Shown here one piece after another: positions 6,956 through 17,759 of a stretch of DNA of 64,000 nt (within the stretch, counting starts at the first letter, position 1; the number at the start of each line of letters is the position of its first letter). The stretch is from a virus. The translations under genes and the position numbers were made by a program. The notes beneath the pieces are model-generated. The model saw nothing but the letters and a program-made list of their open reading frames with translations. It had not been told where the DNA came from and searched no databases. The stretch is taken from positions 32,001 to 96,000 of IMG/VR virus record IMGVR_UViG_3300024312_000003; one strand, written 5' to 3'.

Positions 6956-9793
6956 ATGAGTAAAGATAAAGTAATCAGTCTTTCTTCTTCAGCTGGTGCT
7001 AATTCGTACCCGGCTTTGAATGTATTGACAAACAATCATGAACTTGCTGCTTTGGTTAGTAAATTGGTGGAACCAGTTAGAAAACCAACAAGAGACAGAC
7101 AAGGTAATGTCATTGGTAACGGTACCAGTGGTGCTGAGTTGCAAAAGATATCTTTGGATAAAGCCAGAGATATAACTGATGCACAATCGATCATTCAACT
7201 CCTACCAGATATGGAGTTGTCGATTCAGATCTTAATCAGCTCAATCATGTCACCAAAAGACATGATGACTGGTGAGCTAACTTTCTCTGGTCCTGAATCC
7301 ATATTGACAACTAAGTCATCATCAGCCATAACAAATTTGATCAGACAACATTTTGATCAGTCCTATAAAATAAAGCAACAGCTACCTAACATACTAAAGA
7401 ACGTCTTGTTTGAAAGAGGTTCGCACGTATTGACCGTTATTCCTGAAAACAGTGTGGATGAATTGATTAATAGAAATCAAACCATCACCATGGAAGACTT
7501 GAATCAAACTAGAATTTATGATTCAAATGGAATTGTCAATAATTTAGGAATCTTAGGTAAAAGAGAAGTAGATTCTAGTTCTCAAAAATTTATCGGGATT
7601 GCTAATGAAAATTTTAGCGATATAAATCCATCTTCCGGTTCCGGCGAATTTTTAGTAATGGAAGACAGTAGTGAAAAGATAGAAATCAGATCTTGCCTAA
7701 TTACTGATAACATCAATATTCTTCGTTTACCATTTATTGCTGACAAACTAAGAAGTCAGAAGATAAATAGATACGCAAAGAATGCCGGTTTGGAAAATAT
7801 CAGCACCAGTACATTAGAAGTTGGTAGGTTGGTAAAAAGTAAAGATAACAAAGATAATCCTTTTAAGGATTTGACCGCAGGCAAGATTCAATCTATTCTC
7901 TATAAACAAAGTCCAAATAGATTTACCCCGATCATTCGATTAAAGGGAGATTCTGAACTTAAGAGAAGATCGATTGGTGCTCCATTGGTGATGGAGCTTC
8001 CTTCTGAATCTGTTATTCCTGTTTTTACTCCAGGTAATAAAAACAGACACGTTGGTTATTTTGTTCTTATTGATAACAACGGAAATCCCGTTTGTAAAGA
8101 TAACACAATCGATTATTACAAACAACTTGAAGACCGTTTTAGTGGCAGTACAACTACGTCAGGTAATAATCAAGCCAGTAAAATAATTGAAATGGTCAAG
8201 AGAGGAATGGGGGCTACAACAGGAACCCACATGAATCGAGACCACGTTGATGCCATGGCTAAAGTCTTTGAAGACATGATCGAAAAAGATCTTATAGCAA
8301 GACTTAAGAACGGTATATATACCAACGGTGTAGAAATAGGTAGTAATGCTGAAGTTGCACGCATTATGATGTCTAGAGTTCTGGCAGGTCAAAATACTCA
8401 ATTATTGTTCATTCCATCAGAGATGATGACGTACTTTGCTTTGAAGTATGATGAGAACGGTATGGGTAAGAGCATGCTCGACGACATGAAGATTTTAAAT
8501 AGTCTTCGAGTTGTTCTGATGTTCTCGAATATCATGGCCAGTATTAGAAACTCTATCGGCAAGACCAACGTTAACATCAAATTAGACGAAGACGATCCTG
8601 ATCCGCAAAAAACCGTAGACATGATGATGGATGCGGTAATGAAATCTAGATCTAATTCGTTCCCAGTTGGTAGTAGTAATCCGGCAGACATAGTCAATTA
8701 TCTGCAAAGAGCAGGTATAAGTTTTACATATGAAGGTCATCCAGGTTGGCCAGATGTCAAGGCAGACATAACTGAGGCTGGTTTGTCATCAATTAAACCC
8801 GATAATGAACTTGATGAGATGCTTAGAAATAGAAGCATCCAGGCAACGGGTGTTACTCCGGAAATGGTTGATGCTGGCAGCGGTGCTGAATTTGCAACGA
8901 GCGTTGCAAATAATCATATTCTTCTGTCTAGACGAGTTCTTCAGATTCAGGAAATGATTGAGCCTGAGTTAAGTTCTCATGCTAGGAAGATATTCTACGC
9001 CACTCCTTCGCTTGTTGAGGAAGCTAAAAATATCATCAAAGAAGATTTTGCTAACAACGTTTCAAAACTTTCTGAAGACGAGAAGAAAATTTTCGAAGGA
9101 CCCGAAGCTAAAGATCAATTAATTGATTTGATGTTAGATCAATTCATCAATGGAATTGAGCTGAAGTTCCCAAGACCGAACTCTGTAACGATGGAGAATC
9201 AAAAAGATTCTTTAGAGCAATACGTTGATTTGCTTGATAAGGCTTTGGAGTTTGTTATTTCTCCAGAATTTATGAATCAAGATATGATTGGAGATACATC
9301 CACATCAATTGATTCGATTAAGAATTCTGTAAAAGCCTATATGGTTAGAAAGTACATGATTGAAAATGGCATTCTTCCAGAACTAGGTGAACTAACAGCA
9401 CTGGACGAATTCGGTAAACCAAAATCAGACATCTGGCAAGAACAAGAGGATCACTATAGAACTCTTGTTAATAATTTGCAAGATTTCTTAAAGAAAAGAG
9501 TCCCAGATAAAACGACCTCTGATTCTGAACTAGAAGCTAATGGCATACAGTTATCTGGATCTTCTGGAGGTGGTTCGGATTGGAATTCTTCATCATCTAA
9601 TGACAATTCTGATAATGGATCGTCAGGCGGGAATGATTTTGGAATTGACAGTGGTATGGATGAATTAACTTCAGACCAACCTGTAAGTGATGATTCCACA
9701 GTCACTCCTGAAGCTGATTCCGATAGTGAAGCTAAGTCTTCGGCTGATGGTGATCAATCTAATAATCCCAGTCAGGACGAAACTGCATCTTAA
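6956..9793 (+). CDS. Portal protein (phiKZ gp129-like)
   Basis: 945 aa with QLLPDMELSIQILISSIMSPKD, ELPSESVIPVFTPG..HVGYFVLID and acidic Ser/Asp tail. Synteny. Confidence 0.8.
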   Translation: MSKDKVISLSSSAGANSYPALNVLTNNHELAALVSKLVEPVRKPTRDRQGNVIGNGTSGAELQKISLDKARDITDAQSIIQLLPDMELSIQILISSIMSPKDMMTGELTFSGPESILTTKSSSAITNLIRQHFDQSYKIKQQLPNILKNVLFERGSHVLTVIPENSVDELINRNQTITMEDLNQTRIYDSNGIVNNLGILGKREVDSSSQKFIGIANENFSDINPSSGSGEFLVMEDSSEKIEIRSCLITDNINILRLPFIADKLRSQKINRYAKNAGLENISTSTLEVGRLVKSKDNKDNPFKDLTAGKIQSILYKQSPNRFTPIIRLKGDSELKRRSIGAPLVMELPSESVIPVFTPGNKNRHVGYFVLIDNNGNPVCKDNTIDYYKQLEDRFSGSTTTSGNNQASKIIEMVKRGMGATTGTHMNRDHVDAMAKVFEDMIEKDLIARLKNGIYTNGVEIGSNAEVARIMMSRVLAGQNTQLLFIPSEMMTYFALKYDENGMGKSMLDDMKILNSLRVVLMFSNIMASIRNSIGKTNVNIKLDEDDPDPQKTVDMMMDAVMKSRSNSFPVGSSNPADIVNYLQRAGISFTYEGHPGWPDVKADITEAGLSSIKPDNELDEMLRNRSIQATGVTPEMVDAGSGAEFATSVANNHILLSRRVLQIQEMIEPELSSHARKIFYATPSLVEEAKNIIKEDFANNVSKLSEDEKKIFEGPEAKDQLIDLMLDQFINGIELKFPRPNSVTMENQKDSLEQYVDLLDKALEFVISPEFMNQDMIGDTSTSIDSIKNSVKAYMVRKYMIENGILPELGELTALDEFGKPKSDIWQEQEDHYRTLVNNLQDFLKKRVPDKTTSDSELEANGIQLSGSSGGGSDWNSSSSNDNSDNGSSGGNDFGIDSGMDELTSDQPVSDDSTVTPEADSDSEAKSSADGDQSNNPSQDETAS

Positions 9794-9816
9794 ACAAAAA
9801 AAAATAAGTAAGACAT

Positions 9817-9852
9817 ATACAGGATAGACCTTAGTGGTCTATCCTGTAATAT
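9817..9852. terminator. Bidirectional terminator
   Basis: tacaggatagacc-ttagt-ggtctatcctgta hairpin between convergent genes. Confidence 0.8.
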
Positions 9853-9863
9853 GCCGTTGTTGA

Positions 9864-11957
9864 TTAAGATTCCAGTCGAGCAATGATCAGGTCTTTATTC
9901 AAAGCCCCAACCACAATTTCGATCTTAACCTTATCGCGAGTCACAATGTAATTTGCTTTATTCAGCTCCACATGCTGGGCGTTATTCTTAAGAATATCAC
10001 TAGCAATAGAATACAGTGCAGGAGTCAACTCAGGAGTCAACATCGAGACTTTGTTCGGGAAAGAAATGTTCAAATCACAAGCATTCAGATTGATGTGCGT
10101 CAGAGATACAGAGTGAGTCAAGCTCACAATGCAATCTGCTTTCAGCAAATCCAAATCTTCTTTACCAGTGATGTTCGCGATGATTTGATAAAGTTCAGCC
10201 CGATCAGAAAGACTAATGGTCTTAGTGATGATGTCGTCTTCAGAGAACTTCAGAGTTTCAGCAATTCGATGACCGTGTCGTTTACGCAATTCGGCATCAA
10301 GCACCATGGCGTCATCAACAAAGTCATCAATCTTAAGAGTCAGCATCATTTCTGTACTAAGGAAATGATTGACTGCTTCCGTCAACTTAGTGTTAACGAT
10401 GTTGTAGATTTGACTGAAATCCTTACTATCATGCATCTTAAGAACGTCCACCGCTTTCTCAAACGTTGTGGCGTTTGCAATAGCGTTGACGAACTCACCA
10501 TACTTCTTCGCAAGTTCAATTGAACCTTCAGTATCGCAAGCGCCGTTCTCATCAAAGTATTGTGCTGCGATTGGTGTGTGAATTTGGAAAGTAGTCATTG
10601 CTGCAGAGTCAATATCGTCGAGCTTGCCAGCAAAAATACTTTCGATTCGAGATTCATAAATAGAACTATCTTCACTCACCGTAACCGGAATGCTATCTGA
10701 GAATGACAGTTTAAACTTAGTCAGTTCTGGCTCCGGCATGTTCACGATCTTCTCCTTTTCAACTTCACTCTTATTACTTGGAATGAAACGACTGGTATTT
10801 CGATGTGTTCGACCAATCGCGTGCTTGTCTGGGTCCACAGTATCTCCTTCTCTGATCTTCTTTAGAACAACAATCACGTTATTCTCATCATCAACTTTCA
10901 TGTATGGACGATGAGTTTTAGGGTTGTATGCTGGAATATATGGTTGCTTATCGGTGGGTTTCCATTTAAGCTCGCCAAATTCATACAGCTTATTTTTATC
11001 GATCACACTTGTCTTGGTAATCTCACTGGCAACAGGTTGTTGGACCTGTTGATTTTGAGAAGACATTGGTTGCTGATTAAAGTTATGATCGGGTAGATCA
11101 ACAGCACTTACCGAGGAACTGGCAACTCCAACGATCGCATCCGAATTAAACGACTTATTCGATTGCCTCCAACCACCAGATTGCGCCGGTTGCTGAACTT
11201 GATCATTGGTAGGCAGACTCCAACGAGACGGTTTATCGGTGGTTGCGTTATTGCTAAACCGATTAGGGATCGTCTGTTGCTGCGATTGAGTCTGACGAGG
11301 AGGATGGTCCCAGCGAGTGTTAACAGGCGAATCCATGGTCTTTTGAGGCTGCGAGAAAGGGCTATTCTGCTGCATCGCATTCCATCGTGCCGGTTGGGTT
11401 TGTTGCATACCCATGCCTTGCATTCCACCCATCATCATGCCGCCACCCATTGACATAGTGCCTCTGGATTGGTTCTGGGCATTCTGAATCTGTTGTTGCA
11501 GATACGACATTGATCCAGCTGCTTTATTCGCTTCCTGAATCTGTTGTGGATTCAAGTATTGACCAAGAGCCTGATAGTTAAAAAGAGCAGCCGAAGCAAA
11601 CCCTTGACAACATGTCGCTACTGCTTGACCAATCGCACTATTAACAGCAGTACCACCCTGCATTACTAGCAAAGTAGCTACATCACCAATCATCTGTACC
11701 AATTCGGCAAATTGTTGATTGTTGAAATGATTCTGCCCAAACATGTTGTACATGAACATTCTCAGAGGATTCTTACCGGCGTTAGCCTGAATCTCCGAGA
11801 TGGCACAAGTTGTAATGTACGGAAGGTATTCAGCCATACCAGGATGAAGACCAACTTGCGGGAGAAAGTGTGGATTACCCGATACAACTTGAATTGGTTG
11901 CATCATCATCCGAGTTGGATCTACGGGTAGTTGCATTTGGTTTGTCTGAAAATTCAT
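9864..11957 (-). CDS. Conserved core hypothetical protein with a Q/M/N-rich low-complexity region
   Basis: Start at MNFQ with AAGGAAAC RBS. Lies between the nvRNAP subunit gene and portal, a core position in phiKZ-like phages. Confidence 0.75.
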   Translation of the reverse strand: MNFQTNQMQLPVDPTRMMMQPIQVVSGNPHFLPQVGLHPGMAEYLPYITTCAISEIQANAGKNPLRMFMYNMFGQNHFNNQQFAELVQMIGDVATLLVMQGGTAVNSAIGQAVATCCQGFASAALFNYQALGQYLNPQQIQEANKAAGSMSYLQQQIQNAQNQSRGTMSMGGGMMMGGMQGMGMQQTQPARWNAMQQNSPFSQPQKTMDSPVNTRWDHPPRQTQSQQQTIPNRFSNNATTDKPSRWSLPTNDQVQQPAQSGGWRQSNKSFNSDAIVGVASSSVSAVDLPDHNFNQQPMSSQNQQVQQPVASEITKTSVIDKNKLYEFGELKWKPTDKQPYIPAYNPKTHRPYMKVDDENNVIVVLKKIREGDTVDPDKHAIGRTHRNTSRFIPSNKSEVEKEKIVNMPEPELTKFKLSFSDSIPVTVSEDSSIYESRIESIFAGKLDDIDSAAMTTFQIHTPIAAQYFDENGACDTEGSIELAKKYGEFVNAIANATTFEKAVDVLKMHDSKDFSQIYNIVNTKLTEAVNHFLSTEMMLTLKIDDFVDDAMVLDAELRKRHGHRIAETLKFSEDDIITKTISLSDRAELYQIIANITGKEDLDLLKADCIVSLTHSVSLTHINLNACDLNISFPNKVSMLTPELTPALYSIASDILKNNAQHVELNKANYIVTRDKVKIEIVVGALNKDLIIARLES

Positions 11958-11981
11958 TGTGTTTCCTTTAATAGCCAAATC

Positions 11982-13619
11982 TTAAGAATCTAGATTCTTT
12001 TGAATGGCGTCCAGCATATCTTTAGTCTTAGGATTGCGAACAATAACACCCTTCTCATCTGTCATGCAGTGGAAGTTAATGCGTTCTCGTCCAGTCGGGC
12101 CACTCTTAGGCATACCGCTATATGCTGCTACTTCAGCAATAGAAACATGCAGTGCTTTACTTGGGTCTTGGATGGCTGCTCGATCATTATTCTTGCCTCG
12201 TCCTCTTCCAGAAGAATTAGACTGGGGAACAAGTGTAGAAGTTATCTTAAAGGTTTTGTTATCACCAGAATAACTGCTACTTGATACGACGCCTGAATCT
12301 TTAATCAGACTGTAAATCAAACCAGTTTTCAAATACTTACCGATGATGTTATCACATTCCTTATCAGTCAATCCCTTCTTCGCTGCAGACTTAAGTTTGT
12401 AGTGAATAAGGAAGAACGATTTAATGATGGAATAAGTGACGTGATACAGAACGTTTAGCTCTTTATCATACATCGTGTTGATCTTCGTTCGATAGTTCAA
12501 CAACCAATCGTTAAAATTATTGATGATGAATGCCAGGAACTCATAGAAGTCGTTTACAACGATTCCGATCTCACGCATTCTCTCAATCATGATTGGATCA
12601 ATGTATTCATCGAGAGATTCGATGTGATTCTTCATGTCGTCATAGATTCTACCATGATTGGTATCTCCAGAGAACAACATCAGACCCATCATCAACATCC
12701 AGTGCCTTGGATCATCTATGTAGCGAGCACTAATTTGCTGCGGGAAATGATCCGCGACATAATAGAACCCAGCAATAAGAGATCTTACGGTATCTGTGTA
12801 TTTGGTACGAGGAATGACAATGGCAAGATTAGTCGGGGTGTAGAGTGATCTATTGAAATTCTTAGTCGGCTTAATACCGCTACTATTACAGACAACCCAA
12901 TCTTCTTCCGGCCATTCGTTGTAATTGATGTTTTCAACTACAATCGGTTCACAATCAGCGAACTTTTTAAATGTTTCTTTCAGCCCGTATTTACAAAAGA
13001 GGTAATGAACCGCTGTCGTACATGCCGGAACCGCTGGTCGATTTTTTCTGTTGTTAGAATGGTAAATCTGACCATGCACAACAGGCACAATTTCACGCCT
13101 CTCTGGCGTCATATACTCGTAAGTCAATCTCTCGAATGTGAGCTTATCGCGCAACAACCGTGCAAAGATATTTGTTTCTCCAATCGAAATGACTCGATCA
13201 GAGATGACTGGAGATATGTTGAATCGACTGCCGCTGATAACAATGCTACCAGCGTCTGAAACAAATGGCAAATAAACGTATCTTGTTTGAAGTGGTTTTC
13301 CCTGAAATTCAAAGAAAAACTTCATCAAATACAAATCTGACCTGGCTGTCTCGAACGTGCTTCGAGTTTGTTTTTTAAGACCTCTTCGGGTGTTTCTTTT
13401 TCTAACTGCTTCAGCGTACTCTTCTCTAGGCGTACATCGTTCGCAACGAACATAACGCACTCCTTCAGGAAAGTCCTTAGAAGCAATTCTGAAGACATCA
13501 TCAATGTATTTTTCAACATGCTTTAGATGCTTCGTTGCTAATCCATTTGCCAAATCTGGATTAAGCTTAGGAGTATCTTGATCAATTAGGCGAGCCAGTT
13601 CTGGATCGAAGGAAGCCAA
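11982..13619 (-). CDS. Non-virion RNA polymerase beta-like subunit (phiKZ gp123-like)
   Basis: 545 aa with YVYLPFVSDAGSIVISGSRFNISPVISD and LHVSIAEVAAYSGMPKSGPTGRERINF motifs. TTG start with GGAG RBS, two genes downstream of the MCP. Confidence 0.8.
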   Translation of the reverse strand: MASFDPELARLIDQDTPKLNPDLANGLATKHLKHVEKYIDDVFRIASKDFPEGVRYVRCERCTPREEYAEAVRKRNTRRGLKKQTRSTFETARSDLYLMKFFFEFQGKPLQTRYVYLPFVSDAGSIVISGSRFNISPVISDRVISIGETNIFARLLRDKLTFERLTYEYMTPERREIVPVVHGQIYHSNNRKNRPAVPACTTAVHYLFCKYGLKETFKKFADCEPIVVENINYNEWPEEDWVVCNSSGIKPTKNFNRSLYTPTNLAIVIPRTKYTDTVRSLIAGFYYVADHFPQQISARYIDDPRHWMLMMGLMLFSGDTNHGRIYDDMKNHIESLDEYIDPIMIERMREIGIVVNDFYEFLAFIINNFNDWLLNYRTKINTMYDKELNVLYHVTYSIIKSFFLIHYKLKSAAKKGLTDKECDNIIGKYLKTGLIYSLIKDSGVVSSSSYSGDNKTFKITSTLVPQSNSSGRGRGKNNDRAAIQDPSKALHVSIAEVAAYSGMPKSGPTGRERINFHCMTDEKGVIVRNPKTKDMLDAIQKNLDS

Positions 13620-13646
13620 CTTGATCTCCTTTGTTAGTGGCTTTAT

Positions 13647-14777
13647 TTATTTTGTTTCCTTACTAAACAAGGAAACAATACCGATGATTCCCAAGATAAT
13701 TGCTGGTACTGACTTAATGAGTTCTGCTGCATTCTTGCGCTCCTGAGACGCGGCTTCATACCGATCTTTTACTCTCATTGTCTCTCGTTCCTGTGCTTCT
13801 CTTTCAAGCTGCATTTTCATTTGATGCATCTTGTTTGCGAAGTCATTAGCCTGTATCTCCATTTGTCTTTCTAAGTTATCTCTTTCCATTGTTGCTTTTT
13901 CCAATGAATTTTCAGATAACTTAAGATCCGCTTCAATCTTAGTGATCTTAGCTTGAAATTCGTTACACTTTAGCTGATCTTCATCTTGCCTGGTGTATCT
14001 AGCTTCATGATAGGCTTTATGGAGCTTAAAATACGGAGGTTCCTGGTCTAGTTCATAACGTTCCGCAAAACGACCAGATTCATCGAGTCTGCCGTTTTGT
14101 GGTTTGTTAGTCCATACATAGATTCCGTCGGTTCGAGTGCTGTCAATTACTGGATCTATCTTTACCACATCGTCACCGATGCGGAGCCATCTAGTTCCAA
14201 TTTTTCCAAAATTATCTACAATATTGATGGAGTAGATAAAATTTCCACCAGTATTGTCAATCACCTCTGATTTTTGTCGATCTAGAAACTTATGTAACTC
14301 TGCTTCTCGACTATATGGGTGAAAGGGTATCGATCTGTGTCCTTTAGTGGATAGCACAAGATCTAAATCAGTTATATAAACCAGTCCTCCAGACTCTACT
14401 AAGTCATTCTCAAATATAACATATTCAAACTGATACTTACCTCTATTTAAATAGCCGGGTTTCTCATGAATGTTATATTCTTTAATTAGATTTAATTCTG
14501 GAGAATTATCGCAAATATGCGAATTTACAAACTCGATTAAGTTTTCTCGAGTCGGATGTGTGAACACATATTCAATTTGAACAACGAATGCATTGTTTGG
14601 CTCCGGTTTAGGAAGGATGTCAAATTTAATTCCATCTCTAGATGCTACTCCGATTGTTTTACATGTACCGTTTCGATATTTAACATGTCGAGATACGGGT
14701 GGTTCAATACGGCTAGAATGGAAATCAACTCCTCCGTTGGTCCATCGCTGAATGCTATTTGCCTGCTTATGTAGCAT
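13647..14777 (-). CDS. Conserved hypothetical protein with coiled coil and C-terminal TM helix (gp122-like position)
   Basis: 376 aa, heptad-rich C-terminal third, ends in hydrophobic VPAIILGIIGIVSLF. Confidence 0.65.
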   Translation of the reverse strand: MLHKQANSIQRWTNGGVDFHSSRIEPPVSRHVKYRNGTCKTIGVASRDGIKFDILPKPEPNNAFVVQIEYVFTHPTRENLIEFVNSHICDNSPELNLIKEYNIHEKPGYLNRGKYQFEYVIFENDLVESGGLVYITDLDLVLSTKGHRSIPFHPYSREAELHKFLDRQKSEVIDNTGGNFIYSINIVDNFGKIGTRWLRIGDDVVKIDPVIDSTRTDGIYVWTNKPQNGRLDESGRFAERYELDQEPPYFKLHKAYHEARYTRQDEDQLKCNEFQAKITKIEADLKLSENSLEKATMERDNLERQMEIQANDFANKMHQMKMQLEREAQERETMRVKDRYEAASQERKNAAELIKSVPAIILGIIGIVSLFSKETK

Positions 14778-14832
14778 AACGACCTTCCAAGGATGATTCT
14801 AGTTCTGCTGGATATATTTCCAGCTCACGATA

Positions 14833-14848
14833 GTAATATGTGTCTGTT
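14833..14848 (-). promoter_or_regulatory. Putative early promoter (AACAGACACATATTAC)
   Basis: Matches a motif recurring at 31856, 39570, 47462 and 50537, and resembles the phiKZ early element TATATTAC. Confidence 0.55.
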
Positions 14849-14869
14849 TATCTTTTCATTTTTAGGGCA

Positions 14870-14899
14870 TAAACAGGGAGGCTTAGCCTCCCTGTTTAT
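14870..14899 (-). terminator. Terminator downstream of the major capsid gene
   Basis: aaacagggagg-cttag-cctccctgttt hairpin. Confidence 0.8.
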
Positions 14900-14938
14900 T
14901 ATCTCAATAATGGACAGTTACCCATCCATTACTTTTGA

Positions 14939-17119
14939 TTACTTCTCGTCAGTCCAGACAGCGATCTTGTTAGCGACCACTTCGCTCAGGTTGCTGACTT
15001 CCACAACACCCAGAACCGGCAGGTTCGTGACGTGCAGGAACGAAGCTTGAGCAGTCAGTTCCTTAGAAGTCTGACCGTTACGGCTGATCGGCAGCACGAT
15101 GGTCATTTCAGGCTTGAAGGCCATGTTGCCGAAGTGCAGCGGGTTAGGCGTACCGCTGGTAGCGGTGCCGAAATCACCGAAGGTCACGAAGATCTTACCC
15201 TTGACGCGTTCGTCCAGAGTGGTGACGATCTTGCAGTTGAAGCCTTCACCCAGAGTGCGGATGTCGCCAACAACTTGCAGGTAACCAGCGGTCACCGGAT
15301 CGGTAGCCAGGATGACGGTAGGCTTGGCAGCTTCACCACCATTGATGGCATCGGCAGCAGCCTTGTAACCCGAGTCACGATACAGGTTGTAAGCGATGTC
15401 ACGAGCAGCGTTCACCAGAACAGCTTGAATGTCAGCAGCACGTTCATGCGACTTCGTCGAGTCGATGATTGCGCCAACGCCATTCACACCGAAGTCCAGA
15501 GGCTTCTTGATGAAAGCAGGCGTAACCAGATAACGACCAACACCCAGAACTTCCACGCGATCGAACGCATTGCTCTTTTCCAGAACGGTCTTTTCCAGAA
15601 CGTCAGCAGCGCGCAGCAGCTCGGTCACGGCAGCGTTGCTGGTTTGCACGCGAGTAGCGGTAACCAGAGCGCGCAGATCTGAAGGATCCGTGCTATCACC
15701 ATTGCCCAGAGGACGAGGGATAGAGATAGGAGCCAGCAGAGGAACGAAGTAGCTTTGCTGATAAGTGATGGTGTCCAGCAGCTTACCGCGTTGACGACGG
15801 TTCAGGTTCGAACGACGACCCTTCAGCTCGTAACCAATCAGAGTAGCGCCTGCGAAGGCAGCGACCACAGCAGCCACAGCGCCGTCAGTAGGGGCGTACT
15901 TGGTACCGTTAGCGTCGGTAACCGACACGACTTCCACAGCGCCAGCGTTCAGAGAAGTGGTCGAGTCTTGCAGGTTAACACTACCAGTCACGCTCACCGA
16001 CAGAGCAACGTTCCAGTTACCAGAAGCCACAACTGCCAGAGCTTGCAGAGCGGTGCCGTCGTAACGCTTGGTGTCAGGCTTAATCAGCAGTGAGCTGTTT
16101 TCGAAGAACAGCTGCATCGTGCGAACAGCACCTTGTTGCGAAGGATTGAACACCGAGGTGAACAGTCCAGAGGTCGACAGACGAATCACGTCGTCGTCGG
16201 TAGTGCCTGCACCACCAGGAGCGCGCAGGATCAGGGCTTCAAGCGACAGAGCCGGATCGACTGAGTCGGTTTGATCCATCAGACCAGCAGCAACGAGAGT
16301 GTCGGTTTGCGAAATACCCAGCAGGCTGAACTTCTTACCGAAAGCCAGAGCCGAAGTAGTAACGTTTTCACCACCAACGCTAACAGTACGGGTAGCCAGA
16401 ACGCTGGTGTCAACGAAGTTGGCGGCCGATGCAGCGCGGTAGACGGGCACGATGTCGGTGCTATCGTTACGCAGGATCGAAGAGTCACGCACAGCGTGAA
16501 TGATGTTGCGACGGTTGAAGCTATCAACGGCACCCGATACTTGACGACGGAAATCATCAACCACGGTAACCAGCTCAACAGCGACACGATAGCCGAAGTT
16601 GTCAGGAGTAACCACCACGGTCGGGAACAGAGTTTCGCCGAATTCGTCTTGCTTAGCAGCCATCATGTTGTAAGCAACAGAGTAGATGGCGGCGTTGCGG
16701 TTGTCACGCTCGTCGTAAGCTTCAGTAGCAACCGACAGACGATCGACGCTTTCCATAGCAGGAACAACACGGTGATCTTCAGTCGAAGCAGGAGTTTGAT
16801 GCTTTTGCGAGAAGTAAGCCAGGGGGTCAGCAGACACCACAGCAGCAACGCGCATTGCTTCGATCTGAGCCACAGTCAGGCTTTCCAGACCAATTTCCAT
16901 GGCCGATTGCTTAACAGCACGTTCCAGAGTTTCAATGCTGGATTCAACGTTCTGAGTCGAAACAGAGTCAATCGACTCCATCGAAATAAACGACTTAGCG
17001 GTGTTCTTGCTAACGAAAGTGCTACCACCTTGTGCCAGGGCGACTTCCTGCAGTTTGGCAACCAGATGACCGATGGTCGAATTCTGAGTAGCCTTGGTCT
17101 TGTAAATAGATTTGCTCAT
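14939..17119 (-). CDS. Major capsid protein (phiKZ gp120-like)
   Basis: 726 aa with ATEAYDERDNR, QDEFGETLFPTVVVTPD and PLHFGNMAFKPE motifs. Strong codon bias. Divergent from DnaB as in phiKZ. Confidence 0.9.
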   Translation of the reverse strand: MSKSIYKTKATQNSTIGHLVAKLQEVALAQGGSTFVSKNTAKSFISMESIDSVSTQNVESSIETLERAVKQSAMEIGLESLTVAQIEAMRVAAVVSADPLAYFSQKHQTPASTEDHRVVPAMESVDRLSVATEAYDERDNRNAAIYSVAYNMMAAKQDEFGETLFPTVVVTPDNFGYRVAVELVTVVDDFRRQVSGAVDSFNRRNIIHAVRDSSILRNDSTDIVPVYRAASAANFVDTSVLATRTVSVGGENVTTSALAFGKKFSLLGISQTDTLVAAGLMDQTDSVDPALSLEALILRAPGGAGTTDDDVIRLSTSGLFTSVFNPSQQGAVRTMQLFFENSSLLIKPDTKRYDGTALQALAVVASGNWNVALSVSVTGSVNLQDSTTSLNAGAVEVVSVTDANGTKYAPTDGAVAAVVAAFAGATLIGYELKGRRSNLNRRQRGKLLDTITYQQSYFVPLLAPISIPRPLGNGDSTDPSDLRALVTATRVQTSNAAVTELLRAADVLEKTVLEKSNAFDRVEVLGVGRYLVTPAFIKKPLDFGVNGVGAIIDSTKSHERAADIQAVLVNAARDIAYNLYRDSGYKAAADAINGGEAAKPTVILATDPVTAGYLQVVGDIRTLGEGFNCKIVTTLDERVKGKIFVTFGDFGTATSGTPNPLHFGNMAFKPEMTIVLPISRNGQTSKELTAQASFLHVTNLPVLGVVEVSNLSEVVANKIAVWTDEK

Positions 17120-17171
17120 TTTTATATCCTATTCATGCATGAATATTGAGAAAGGGTACGTCTTTTGAATT

Positions 17172-17759
17172 TTAATCAACAGACATCAACGACTCCAAAT
17201 ACAGAGTCATAGCTGGATGACTAGCAACACTCGTTGATGATTCGTACACATACAATTGCTTGATAATGTCACGAATCAACTCAGAACGTAAACTATGCAT
17301 TTTCTCGGGAGAGAAACCTTGGTCATTTATCACAATACCGATTGCTCGATCTTGCAAGTCAATTAACTCATAACTCTTTTCAGAATCAGAGCTTATACCA
17401 AGTTTAGCAACAACACTGCCTTGAGCGTTGGTCTTGCTGAATAGTCTGTCTCTAATCAAATCTAATACGCCTTCAGTGTGACTGATGGCAGTAATTTGAT
17501 TCAATAGATAAGACTGATCTTCTGGTGTAGCGCGCACACTCCACTCATAAAAGATATTGGAAAAAATCTTACTATTTTTATTTTTGAAGATTTTTAATTC
17601 GAATTCATCAGAGGCAAGAGCTGATATTCCTGCCAAATCAGACGCAGAAAGCGTTGATTTTATTTTAGAAAATTGGAGTAAGTCTGATGCATTCAGACCG
17701 TTTAAGCGCAATGCACTTATAACCCAATGCGGTATTAGATATATCTTGGTGCTGAACAT
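17172..17759 (-). CDS. Conserved hypothetical/virion protein (gp119-like position)
   Basis: 195 aa ORF between MCP and DnaB. Call rests on synteny only. Confidence 0.6.
   Translation of the reverse strand: MFSTKIYLIPHWVISALRLNGLNASDLLQFSKIKSTLSASDLAGISALASDEFELKIFKNKNSKIFSNIFYEWSVRATPEDQSYLLNQITAISHTEGVLDLIRDRLFSKTNAQGSVVAKLGISSDSEKSYELIDLQDRAIGIVINDQGFSPEKMHSLRSELIRDIIKQLYVYESSTSVASHPAMTLYLESLMSVD

Noticed and set aside
15032-17149. Long plus-strand ORFs antisense to the MCP (216, 112 and 292 aa)
   Set aside because: These are shadow frames expected from the strong codon bias of the MCP gene. They have no RBS and no recognisable motifs.
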